Shown: piece by piece, positions 48,499-57,384 of the stretch
How positions within the stretch are numbered: position 1 is the first letter of the stretch
How the letters are laid out: each line of letters opens with the position of its first letter
NCBI GenBank assembly: GCA_965222375.1
Contig: CBDCTZ010000016.1
Location: forward strand, 1,600,001 to 1,664,000
Length of the DNA stretch: 64,000 nt
Origin: Polyangiaceae bacterium
Lineage (GTDB): Bacteria; Myxococcota_A; Polyangia; Polyangiales; Polyangiaceae
Direction of reading: 5' to 3'
The notes under the pieces: model-generated
Databases searched by the model: none
What the model was told of the DNA's origin: nothing
Seen by the model: the letters and a program-made list of their open reading frames with translations, nothing else
Made by a program: the position numbers and the translations under genes

Positions 48499-49602
48499 TC
48501 AGCCGACAGCGCGGGAGAAGGAGCGGTAGCCCTGTTTCCAGGCTTCGATGTCCATCTTGGCACCATCTACGATTTCCACGCCGAAGCCCGGGGGAACCGT
48601 GGCTGTGTCGCTTGCGATGAAGCCACGACGCCAAACCACGCGACCCACGAGCCGCGCTCGTCGCTCGGTGCGCGGCGGAGATACCTCGACCCAAACGAGA
48701 TCGTCTTCGGGTGGAGCCAGCGTGCGCACGTACAGACCGCCGGCACTGATGTTGTAGCTGTAGCCGTGGTCATCGCTCTCGCGACCGGCTCCCCGGAACG
48801 CGACAGTCGTGCCGTAGAGCAGGCGCGCGCTGGCACGGCGTGAGGCTCGCGCGGCAAAGGCCAGTTCGTTTGCCAAGAAGACGACGTTCTCGAGGGGTGC
48901 GAAGCCATCCATGGCGGCGGCGCGGTCGACCCCCGACAAGGCCTGGGAGGTAACTTTCAAGCTCTTCGGAGCGCAGCTCAGAATCCACACGGGTTTGTCA
49001 CACCGTGCGCGGGCGGTGCGTACGAGATCTGCGTTCGCGCCGTCCAGTTCTGAACTGACGATTACGAGGTCTGCCGCGTCCGTGCTGGCCTCCTCTGCGG
49101 CTTCTTCTGCGGACACCGCGAACCTGACCGAGTAGCCGGCGTTGCGCAGCACGCGACCAAGCACGATTCTGCGTTTGCGATCACCGTCCGCCACCACAGC
49201 GGTGCCGCGACCGTTCGTGGGTGGTTCCGGCGCCGTCCGGGGAAACGAGCGTAGCCGACGAACCAGACCGCGAGAGCTGGTGTCGAGTCCTACGACGTCG
49301 TCGCCGCCCCAGCTGAATACGTCGCCAAAGGAGAGGTCGTTGGCGGACGTCGTCAGCCCAATGATGGGCACCCGGGAGTTCCGGGCTCGGGCCCGGGCGT
49401 CCAGCGCCACGCTCTCCGCATCCTCCCGCTCTGCATCCACCAGGATGGCGTGAGGCTGATTCTCGTTCAGCCACTCCCCTGCTTGCTCCGGGTCCTCGAC
49501 TACGGCGAGGTTGAAGGCTGACTCGGTCGCCGCCAAGTTCAGCTTCAGCCGCTGGGTGCGGCGAAACTGGCCGAAGGCAACAAGGTGGCGCGCGGGCTCC
49601 AT
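48499..49602 (-). CDS. Two receiver-like domains plus a PilZ domain
   Basis: REC-like segments (AILVD..PIIGLT; VVADGD..DLVIVS). PilZ RRASAR and NISAGG. Confidence 0.82.
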   Translation of the reverse strand: MEPARHLVAFGQFRRTQRLKLNLAATESAFNLAVVEDPEQAGEWLNENQPHAILVDAEREDAESVALDARARARNSRVPIIGLTTSANDLSFGDVFSWGGDDVVGLDTSSRGLVRRLRSFPRTAPEPPTNGRGTAVVADGDRKRRIVLGRVLRNAGYSVRFAVSAEEAAEEASTDAADLVIVSSELDGANADLVRTARARCDKPVWILSCAPKSLKVTSQALSGVDRAAAMDGFAPLENVVFLANELAFAARASRRASARLLYGTTVAFRGAGRESDDHGYSYNISAGGLYVRTLAPPEDDLVWVEVSPPRTERRARLVGRVVWRRGFIASDTATVPPGFGVEIVDGAKMDIEAWKQGYRSFSRAVG

Positions 49603-49651
49603 GGTTTCATGGATACCGAACGGGTCCCGCCCCGGAAGCTTGAGTGCCTGC

Positions 49652-50167
49652 TCAGGCGGAGAAGATCTCTTGGATCTCGCCTTCGATGGCGGTCCTCTGG
49701 ACCTTCTTGGCCAGTGCCAGCTCTTGAATCAGCAGGCTGCGGGCTTGGTCGAGTAGGCGGCGCTCGCCAAAGGATAGGTCTTTGTCGAACTTGAGCCGGT
49801 ACATGTCCCGGAGAACCTTGGCGATTTCCGCAGGAAGCCCGCTCTTGAGCATCTCGGTGTAGGCACGGAACCGACGGTTCCAGGGCTGTACATCCACTGC
49901 CACTTCGGGTGCCCGCAAGATCCCGAGGATCTTGTCGGCTTCCCGCTTCTTCATCACCGGACGCAGGCCGACACGGGCTGCGGCATCCGTCGGCACCATG
50001 ACCTTGAGTCCGGTGTCGATGATTTTCAGAACGAAGAAAGCACTGGGGCGACCGCCGAGGTCCCGCTGCTCCACTGCCACGACTTCCCCCACACCATGCG
50101 CGGGATGAACCGCCATGTCCCCACTCTTGAACGTCAGCCTGGGCTCGGAACTCACCTGCGATTGCAT
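49652..50167 (-). CDS. CarD/CdnL family RNA-polymerase-binding regulator
   Basis: VHPAHGVG, KVMVP, VGLR, WNRR and KDLSFGER. No AT-hook tail, so CdnL-type. Confidence 0.93.
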   Translation of the reverse strand: MQSQVSSEPRLTFKSGDMAVHPAHGVGEVVAVEQRDLGGRPSAFFVLKIIDTGLKVMVPTDAAARVGLRPVMKKREADKILGILRAPEVAVDVQPWNRRFRAYTEMLKSGLPAEIAKVLRDMYRLKFDKDLSFGERRLLDQARSLLIQELALAKKVQRTAIEGEIQEIFSA

Positions 50168-50246
50168 TGCCACTCCCTGTGCTTCTCAGCTCTCAGACAC
50201 ACGAAAGCTGAGGACCGCGCCTCCTACCACCTTCCACCCAGGGAGG

Positions 50247-51323
50247 TCAATTGGGTATTTGCGGGTCTAACTTTTTGAAATCACTCTCAGAATCGGGCTT
50301 TTTCCTCAGTCCGAGGATTTCATCCACTTCCGCAACGACGGCAGCCCGAAGCCCCTGAGCCATGGGCGGTGCTCGAAGCCGCACCTTCAGGGTCAACAGT
50401 TCGGGAGTAGCCGAGATTTGCGGGCTTTCAGCGGGTTCGTCCAGGGCCAGGAGGCGGCCCAGGGGATCTTGGGTCAGTTGGTGCCAGGCGGCTGCCAAAC
50501 GACTCTTGTCGTCGATGTCCGTCCAAGCGCCGGCCACGTGGATTGTGACCCGCAGCGTCTGCTTGGGTCCCGGCTCCGCTGCCACCCCGAGTGCAGTGGC
50601 AGATGCCAAGATCCCCCCGGCGGCTCGTGCCCACTCGCCTTGAAAGGGGCCCGGAGCGTACATCCTCAAAGGCGCGGACTCCAAGGCGCCGGGCAGATCC
50701 GAAAGCGCCGCGCCCTGGAGTGCCGGCACCGTCTTCTTGAGCCGCTTGGAAGCGAAGAGCGTGGCGACCTTTACGGGAGTTCTCGAGCCGACGCTGACGA
50801 ACACCCAACGCTGGTCGAAGCTGAGCAGGGTCTCGGGCGTACTTCCCACCAGACCCGTGATCGTGCGCAGCTTGGGCTGCGGGGAGCCGAACTTGGGATC
50901 CGTAACCAGGCGCTTGGCGAACTTTTCTTCGGGCACGCTGACCTTGTCCGTGCGGGCGGCGTACACCGTGGCGTAATCGAAACCTGCGGCCATGGCCTCG
51001 GGAGTCTCACGCAGATCGATGCCGCTTTCGTCGCGGAAGGCGTCGAGACGCTTCTTGGGAAAAAGCAGCTCCAGAGATGGTGCTAGCTCTTTCGACTGAG
51101 CCAGCTCATCCAGGCGCGCCGCCACCAACCAGCGAAGGCCTGCGGCGGGCACGTAGTCCGTCAGAGGGCCATCGTGCAGCTTCGGCTCCGTGTTGAGGGG
51201 CGCTACGGGCGGGCCCAATGCGTCCGCGCCGCAGGCCAAGACCGTGAGACTCAGGCATAGCGCCACGGTGGCGCGCTGGAGCACCCTCGAGAGGCTCACG
51301 AGGCCACGACTCGGATCCGACAA
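50247..51323 (-). CDS. Hypothetical lipoprotein
   Basis: TVLA-C lipobox; follows tyrS. Start uncertain. Confidence 0.7.
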   Translation of the reverse strand: MSDPSRGLVSLSRVLQRATVALCLSLTVLACGADALGPPVAPLNTEPKLHDGPLTDYVPAAGLRWLVAARLDELAQSKELAPSLELLFPKKRLDAFRDESGIDLRETPEAMAAGFDYATVYAARTDKVSVPEEKFAKRLVTDPKFGSPQPKLRTITGLVGSTPETLLSFDQRWVFVSVGSRTPVKVATLFASKRLKKTVPALQGAALSDLPGALESAPLRMYAPGPFQGEWARAAGGILASATALGVAAEPGPKQTLRVTIHVAGAWTDIDDKSRLAAAWHQLTQDPLGRLLALDEPAESPQISATPELLTLKVRLRAPPMAQGLRAAVVAEVDEILGLRKKPDSESDFKKLDPQIPN

Positions 51324-52516
51324 AACCGACGCTTCTTGGAACCTACCCGCACGAGCGACTCACTGCCCTGGGGCAACTTGGTCAGGGGGTCGGTCACCCG
51401 AGTTCCTTCAACTTCCACTCCGCCCTGCTGCAACAGGCGGCGTGCCTCGCCGTTGGACTTACACAGGCCAGCTTGGGCGAGCGCTTTGGGCAGCAGGACT
51501 CCGTCGTCGTCGCCTGCGACGCTGCACTCGGGCACGTCGTCAGGTACGCCGTGTCCCAAATAGGTGGCGAAAAACGAAGCCTTAGCCGTTGAGGCGGCTT
51601 CTGCTCCCTGGAAGCGACTCACGATCTCTTCAGCGAATGCGCTCTTGGCAGTTAAGGGCTCGTTTGCGTCCTTCAGCGCGCGGATCTCTTCATTGGATTT
51701 CGCTGAGAGCAGCTCGAAGAAGCGCCAGATCACGTTGTCGTCGATCTGCATGACCTTGCGAAACATCTCCGTCGGCGCCTCGAGCAATCCGATCGCGTTG
51801 CCCGCGCTCTTGCTCATCTTCTTGCCGACCACTTGACCGTCTTCGAGCTTGGCGTCGTAGCCCTCGAGGATTGGAGTCGTCATCACGATCTGTGGGGGCT
51901 TGCCGTAGCGCTGCATCAAGTCCCGCCCGACCATCAGGTTGAAGAGCTGGTCCGTTCCCCCGAGCTCGACATCGCTTTCCAGGACTACCGAGTCGTAGCC
52001 CTGCAACAGCGGATACAGGAACTCATGTAGGTAGATGTCCCGGTGCTCCGTCATGCGCTCTCGAAAATCCCGGCGCTCGAGGGTGCGCGCCACCGTGCGT
52101 TTTGCGGCGAGTTCGATGATCTTGTCGAGAGAAAGGGGGCTCAGCCACTCGCTGTTGTAGCGAACTTCCGTCCGCTCTTTGTCCAGGACTCGGAAGGCTT
52201 GCTCTTGATACGTCTCCGCGGCGGCCATGACTTCTTCTCTGGTCAGCCGGGGGCGCATGTCATTCTGACCCGTCGGGTCACCGACCATCGCGGTGAAGTC
52301 CCCGATCAAGAACACGACGTGATGCCCGAGATCTTGGAACGCACGCATCTTCTGCATCAGAACAGTGTGTCCGATGTGCAAGTCCGGTCGTGTCGGATCG
52401 AAGCCGGTTTTGACCTTGAGCGGTCGCCCGCTTCTCAAGCGCTCGAGGAGTTCATCCTTCTGGTGAAGGTCGACCACTCCGCGTGACAGCACCTCCAGCT
52501 GTGCTTCGGCATCCAC
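51296..52516 (-). CDS. tyrS: Tyrosine--tRNA ligase
   Basis: GFDPT..DLHIGH, YPLLQGYD, KMSKS and a C-terminal S4 domain. Confidence 0.97.
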   Translation of the reverse strand: MDAEAQLEVLSRGVVDLHQKDELLERLRSGRPLKVKTGFDPTRPDLHIGHTVLMQKMRAFQDLGHHVVFLIGDFTAMVGDPTGQNDMRPRLTREEVMAAAETYQEQAFRVLDKERTEVRYNSEWLSPLSLDKIIELAAKRTVARTLERRDFRERMTEHRDIYLHEFLYPLLQGYDSVVLESDVELGGTDQLFNLMVGRDLMQRYGKPPQIVMTTPILEGYDAKLEDGQVVGKKMSKSAGNAIGLLEAPTEMFRKVMQIDDNVIWRFFELLSAKSNEEIRALKDANEPLTAKSAFAEEIVSRFQGAEAASTAKASFFATYLGHGVPDDVPECSVAGDDDGVLLPKALAQAGLCKSNGEARRLLQQGGVEVEGTRVTDPLTKLPQGSESLVRVGSKKRRFCRIRVVAS

Positions 52517-52562
52517 GCGCGGCCTTATACCCGAGACAGACTTCGGAGCGAGACGACTCCGC

Positions 52563-52886
52563 TCAATCGTCGTCGTCGTCGTCGTCGTCGTTCACGAGAG
52601 CGATGTGTTGGCTGGCGTTGACCAGCTCCTTGAGCTCTTTGCCGACCTTGAAGAATGGCAGTCGCTTGGCGGGGACGGGGACGGCCTGACCCGTGCGGGG
52701 ATTCCTGCCGGCGTAGGGCTTGTAGGGGCGCACCGTGAAGCTCCCAAACCCGCGAATCTCAATGCCATCACTGCGCTGGAGGGCCTCGGTCATTGCGTCA
52801 AAGACACAATTGACTACCTGCTCGGCGCGGGCCTTGGTGAGCTCACCCCGGGCCGCAATGGCTTCGATCAGCTCGCTCTTCGTCAT
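52563..52886 (-). CDS. ihfB: Integration host factor beta / HU family DNA-binding protein
   Basis: MTKSELIE, IEIRGFGSF, GRNPRTG and PFFKVGKELKE. Confidence 0.9.
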   Translation of the reverse strand: MTKSELIEAIAARGELTKARAEQVVNCVFDAMTEALQRSDGIEIRGFGSFTVRPYKPYAGRNPRTGQAVPVPAKRLPFFKVGKELKELVNASQHIALVNDDDDDDDD

Positions 52887-52936
52887 CCCCAGCCTCTCCG
52901 CCATGTCGGGAACGTCCCATGTTTTTTCCTAACGCC

Positions 52937-54955
52937 TCAATTGTCAACGCTTTTTCGTGCAGGCACCAGCTCGATGGCATCCAAAACAACCGGTTCGTCC
53001 CAAGCTTCCACCCGGATCAGGGCGTGGTTTGACCGGCCGGCGACGGCCAGAGCCGCGGATTTGTCGCAAATGTTGGATATTACGTCGATATCCGGCGCCG
53101 GCGCCCCCATCACTCCGATCCAGCTCAGCTTCGCTCGAGCCGGGGCCGTCGATGCCCGCGTCCAGCGGGCTCGGACGCCCCGGGCGCCCGAGGTTGGGAG
53201 CCGAAGCGTCACCGAGGCGTGTCCCTCGGTCCCGGGCTCGAGGACCAGCCCACGCCCCTTCGAAGCGCACTTCGCCGTGAAGCCTGGATGCGCGTGTCCG
53301 GCGTCGACGCTTCGTACCGGCCAGAGGGATTCGCCCTCGACAAGCCTGCTCGGGGCGGCCGAGCCTTGCCAGGGCTGTAGGGAAGGCTCGGCCTTGCCTC
53401 TCAGATCAAATCGGTACTGATACGCTTTGGGCCTGCCGAGCGCATCCCAAGTGAGCCAGTCGAAGCGATCTCCGCGCCGCCGTGCCACAACGATGCCAGA
53501 GTCGGCGTCCGGCACTCTGGGGTCGAAGCCCAGGTTGTAGCCATGGTCTGTGTCGACGAACACGAGCCCCTTGGACACGCCGGCGGCCGCGAGACGCGCT
53601 GGTTCGAACATGGGGCGGCCCCCATCGCGGCTAGCAAGCGCCACATGCCCATAGCTAGCCCGCACTGCGAAGCCGAGCAGCGCCACCGGCACGACGAAGC
53701 GTGTGATGCGTAAGCGTGACGCGCCAAAGGCGATCAGAACGTGCTCAAGCGGCAGGATATCGGCAAACATGCGCGCGCCACCGCCCGGGTAGCTTCCGTC
53801 GAAGTAGAAGGGCGCGTAGGCGACGAACAGGCCCAGGATCCCAAAGCCGAGCAAGCGAACGCGCTGGTCCCGCCAGAGCCAGACCAATGAGATGAGGGCG
53901 AGGTAGGCGATGGGTTCGGCATTGCCTACGTCCAGCGCGTGCCAGAGCAATCTACGGCCTGTAGTGCCCAGCGCCTCCAGCAGCCCGTAGCCATCTTGAA
54001 GGTGTGAAGCTACGAAGTCGCCGTGTTCGAAGCGACAGCCGATATCCCCGCCAAAACCATACCGAAAGCAGCCCGGTGGTCCGTCCGCGCGGGCATAGTA
54101 GTGCTGCTGGCTCGACGACAGCCAGCGTCCGGTCGTCTTCCACTGGTGCGCGAGGAACAACGCCGCGCCCGGTAGAGCGCTGACGCAGGATACTACGACT
54201 TGTCGTCTGGCCGAGCCGCTGCGCAGCGCGCAGAGCACGACGAGGATACCCACCACGAGGCCTGTGACCGGCCGAGTCGCTATCACTGCACCAACGGCGA
54301 GCCCGGCGATCCAGAAGCTACGCTTGCCCCGAACCACCCCGGTCACGGCAATCGTCGTGAACAACGCAGCCGCTCCGTGCGACATGGTGTCGGCGGTGTG
54401 GTAACGGAGCGCCGCACAGGCCAGGGACAGTGCTGCAGCGACCAGCGCCACGCGCGGGTCGTGAAAAAGTTCGCGGGCCAGGAGGTAGGTGGCAACGACC
54501 AGCGCCGCCGCGAGCGCGGGCCCGACGGCTAGCGGCGTGCCGAGCAGGACGCCGACACTCAGCAGCGCGGGATAGCCCGGCGGGAAGATAACGCCGAGGG
54601 CTGGCATCGCTGCGGGACCGATGAGGAACCGGCCCGTATGGGAACCCAGATCGCCAGGTGGGCTCCACAGGAACTGACCGCCCGCGATGCCCTTCGCCTG
54701 AAGCAAGTAGCTCGTCGCGTCGATGATGCGAGGGCCGCCCCGTAGGTAGATGATGACCCACAGGGTCGAAACCGCTGCGGCCGCAAGCGCGAATCCGCCG
54801 CAAATCCACTGGGGATGTCTCGCGCAGGCTGAACTCATCCGCTCGCGCAGAGCCGCGGGTCCCAGGGCTATCGCGCCGAGGGCAAGCGCCAACACCAGCG
54901 CGGACCACGCCACTGGATCCGGCGGCGCGCCCAAACTCGATAGGCCAGGATTCAC
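52937..54955 (-). CDS. Polytopic membrane protein, GT-C/PMT-like glycosyltransferase
   Basis: IIDATSYLLQA first-loop motif, FPPGYP and about 10 TM segments. Confidence 0.65.
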   Translation of the reverse strand: MNPGLSSLGAPPDPVAWSALVLALALGAIALGPAALRERMSSACARHPQWICGGFALAAAAVSTLWVIIYLRGGPRIIDATSYLLQAKGIAGGQFLWSPPGDLGSHTGRFLIGPAAMPALGVIFPPGYPALLSVGVLLGTPLAVGPALAAALVVATYLLARELFHDPRVALVAAALSLACAALRYHTADTMSHGAAALFTTIAVTGVVRGKRSFWIAGLAVGAVIATRPVTGLVVGILVVLCALRSGSARRQVVVSCVSALPGAALFLAHQWKTTGRWLSSSQQHYYARADGPPGCFRYGFGGDIGCRFEHGDFVASHLQDGYGLLEALGTTGRRLLWHALDVGNAEPIAYLALISLVWLWRDQRVRLLGFGILGLFVAYAPFYFDGSYPGGGARMFADILPLEHVLIAFGASRLRITRFVVPVALLGFAVRASYGHVALASRDGGRPMFEPARLAAAGVSKGLVFVDTDHGYNLGFDPRVPDADSGIVVARRRGDRFDWLTWDALGRPKAYQYRFDLRGKAEPSLQPWQGSAAPSRLVEGESLWPVRSVDAGHAHPGFTAKCASKGRGLVLEPGTEGHASVTLRLPTSGARGVRARWTRASTAPARAKLSWIGVMGAPAPDIDVISNICDKSAALAVAGRSNHALIRVEAWDEPVVLDAIELVPARKSVDN

Positions 54956-54995
54956 GGCTCTGCCTCGAACCGGGGGGACCTCGCAGATCGAACGG

Positions 54996-57146
54996 TCATT
55001 GAGTGGGCTGCAAGACGAACACGTGAAAGAGCACGTGCCCGCTTTGTCGGCTGACCAGGCGCACGTTCATTTCCTGCGACACCAGATTGGCGGGCAGGTC
55101 TGCTGGCAACTCCTGCCAGCTGGCGCCGGGTGTGAGAGCGACATCCGTGATGAGCTTGCCATCCACCTCGACACCGAGCACTGCTGAGGATGTGGGCGCT
55201 GTGCGCAATAGCATGCGGGCTTCACGCCCTGGCGACAGCCCTCGAACTACGAAAGCGTGAGCGGCCCCGACCGGGCTGAGCCGCCCCGCGTCGAACACGT
55301 CCCGGGACTCCTGCGCCGGGTGCGGAAGCAGCTTCATCTCTACGAAGCCAACGGCTCCCTCCGTCGAGTAGGCATGTCGCCCTTCGTTGACGATGTCGGC
55401 GATGTCCACACTGTCCACGACCTCCATTCCGCGGATATCGCTGAATGGCGCTCCGCTACCTTTCAATAGTTTCCAGCGCGGGCGGTACAAGACCTTGGAA
55501 GCGCCACCGCAGATCACGTTGCCGGTCACTGGTACCTGGCCCAGAACATCGCCAAACCAAAGTGGGAACGTGCCCCACCAAGACGGATAGATGGCCAGTA
55601 CGTCTGGGCGCTGCCGCTCGGGAATGCGCTCGATCAGCTCGACCGACGCGCCCACGCCCTGGCGTGTGGCTCGCGCGAAGGGCATGCTGCGAAATCCGCC
55701 CAAGCCGATGATGTCCAACGCGGGAAGATCGGACATGAAGGGGATCGCACCAGCGTCTCCGACCAAGACCCGTGATACTGGTGGATGCACTGCACGCAAC
55801 AAGCGACCGGCGCGCACGTGTTGGTCGCGGATGTTTCGGGAAGCGCGCCCAAAGAACCAGACTTGGTCTCGCAGCTTGTCTTTGTGAAACCAACCAAAGC
55901 AAAGCCACGCAGCCACCGTCACACCCGAGGTGGCCCAAAACAGCCGGCGTCCCCGTGTTCCCAAGGCGGGTCGGGTGGAGATGATCGCGCCGACGGCAAG
56001 TGCCGAAGCCAGCAGGAGCCACGCCAGGGCGGGCATGGTGTAGCGCTCGTTCTGCCATCGAACCTGGCCGTTCAGCGCGACGACGAGTACCCACAGCACC
56101 GCACTGCTGACGAGCACGATCCCGTAGCGTCGGGTTCGCCTGAATGCCAGGGAGAGCACGGCAAAGGCGTAGGGCAAGAAGCCCAGCACCGGCACGCTGG
56201 ACAGGTGATAGTCCCCCACTCGCATGAATTGGTAGCGCACGTGGAACCACCACGCGTCGATCACCTGATCCCGATTCAAGTGGGGATGGTGCATCTCCAG
56301 CTTGACCAAAGCGCCAGCGGCTGTCGTGTCACCCGTGGCTAGCCAGTTCGCCACGGCCTGGCCAACGACGAGGGCGGCTCCGGGTGTTGCGCACAGCGCA
56401 AGGGTCCACAGGCCGCGTTTGAGCCCCCGGCGCCTCCAGAGCGCGAGTGCGGCGGTGGTTGCGAACACAGCGACCACACACGCGGCTTCGGGTCGGGTGG
56501 CGACGAGCAGCAGGCCCCAGATCCCCAGGAGTGTGGCGTAGAGCGTGGGTCGCTCGCGTTTGTCGGGCGGGCCGGTAACGAGATCGTCCCAGGCAATGAG
56601 TGCCCCGCCCCACAGCGCAAGGAACAGCGCTACCTCCATGCCGCTGAACAACGTCCAACTCAAGACGCCGATGCCCAGCAGCGCTGGAATGACGAGGTAG
56701 CTCGTGGCCCGAGGAAGCTCTCGGAACATCCTTCGGGACGCCAGCAGTAGGGCGAAGGTGCAGACGCACGCCACCAATGCTGCCCACGCCATCAAGGACA
56801 GCTCGCGGTATCCGATCCAATAGCCAAAGGCGAGCACGAAGGGGTAGAGCAGGCTCGTGCCGCCGCTCGAGTAGCCGTTGCCCTCGGACCACTGGAAGGG
56901 GAAACCGCGTGCCGTAGCGCGGGCGAAGTCGAAGTGGATGAACACGTCATCCAAAGGGGCGGACCACTCACCTCGACGAGCCAAGGGCAGGCTGCCCGTT
57001 AGCGTGGTCTGATGTTTCAGGGAGGCGTAGAACCAGCACGCCACCCACAGAGTGGCAGCGCCAGCGAGCAGCGCGAAGAGCAAGCGTTCGCCACGCCACA
57101 GGGGTGTGGCGTTTCGCTTTTGTGACGGCACGTCAGGGTCGGACAC
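54996..57146 (-). CDS. Polytopic membrane protein, GT-C (arabinofuranosyltransferase-like)
   Basis: LDDVFIH..G.TSLLY, SGME, TRPE, RY.MP and DAGAIP..D..GL. Confidence 0.7.
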   Translation of the reverse strand: MSDPDVPSQKRNATPLWRGERLLFALLAGAATLWVACWFYASLKHQTTLTGSLPLARRGEWSAPLDDVFIHFDFARATARGFPFQWSEGNGYSSGGTSLLYPFVLAFGYWIGYRELSLMAWAALVACVCTFALLLASRRMFRELPRATSYLVIPALLGIGVLSWTLFSGMEVALFLALWGGALIAWDDLVTGPPDKRERPTLYATLLGIWGLLLVATRPEAACVVAVFATTAALALWRRRGLKRGLWTLALCATPGAALVVGQAVANWLATGDTTAAGALVKLEMHHPHLNRDQVIDAWWFHVRYQFMRVGDYHLSSVPVLGFLPYAFAVLSLAFRRTRRYGIVLVSSAVLWVLVVALNGQVRWQNERYTMPALAWLLLASALAVGAIISTRPALGTRGRRLFWATSGVTVAAWLCFGWFHKDKLRDQVWFFGRASRNIRDQHVRAGRLLRAVHPPVSRVLVGDAGAIPFMSDLPALDIIGLGGFRSMPFARATRQGVGASVELIERIPERQRPDVLAIYPSWWGTFPLWFGDVLGQVPVTGNVICGGASKVLYRPRWKLLKGSGAPFSDIRGMEVVDSVDIADIVNEGRHAYSTEGAVGFVEMKLLPHPAQESRDVFDAGRLSPVGAAHAFVVRGLSPGREARMLLRTAPTSSAVLGVEVDGKLITDVALTPGASWQELPADLPANLVSQEMNVRLVSRQSGHVLFHVFVLQPTQ

Positions 57147-57384
57147 AGCAAACAGGGTGGTCCCTCCGGGGCTGGCCAGTCTAGACGCTGACCCGGGCTT
57201 TGGTACGCGTCTCTACAGCCGCCCTGGGTCCGGGCGCGCTTTTTCGTCCGGACAGCCACAAACTGGCCCAGCTTCCCGCTGCCAGATGCGAGACGGGCTT
57301 GCGGGTCGGCTTGGGAAACGCTCTACTAGGCCGACCTTTTGAGGGGCCCTACGCCCCGGTTTATGCGGAACACATTCCGAGAGC

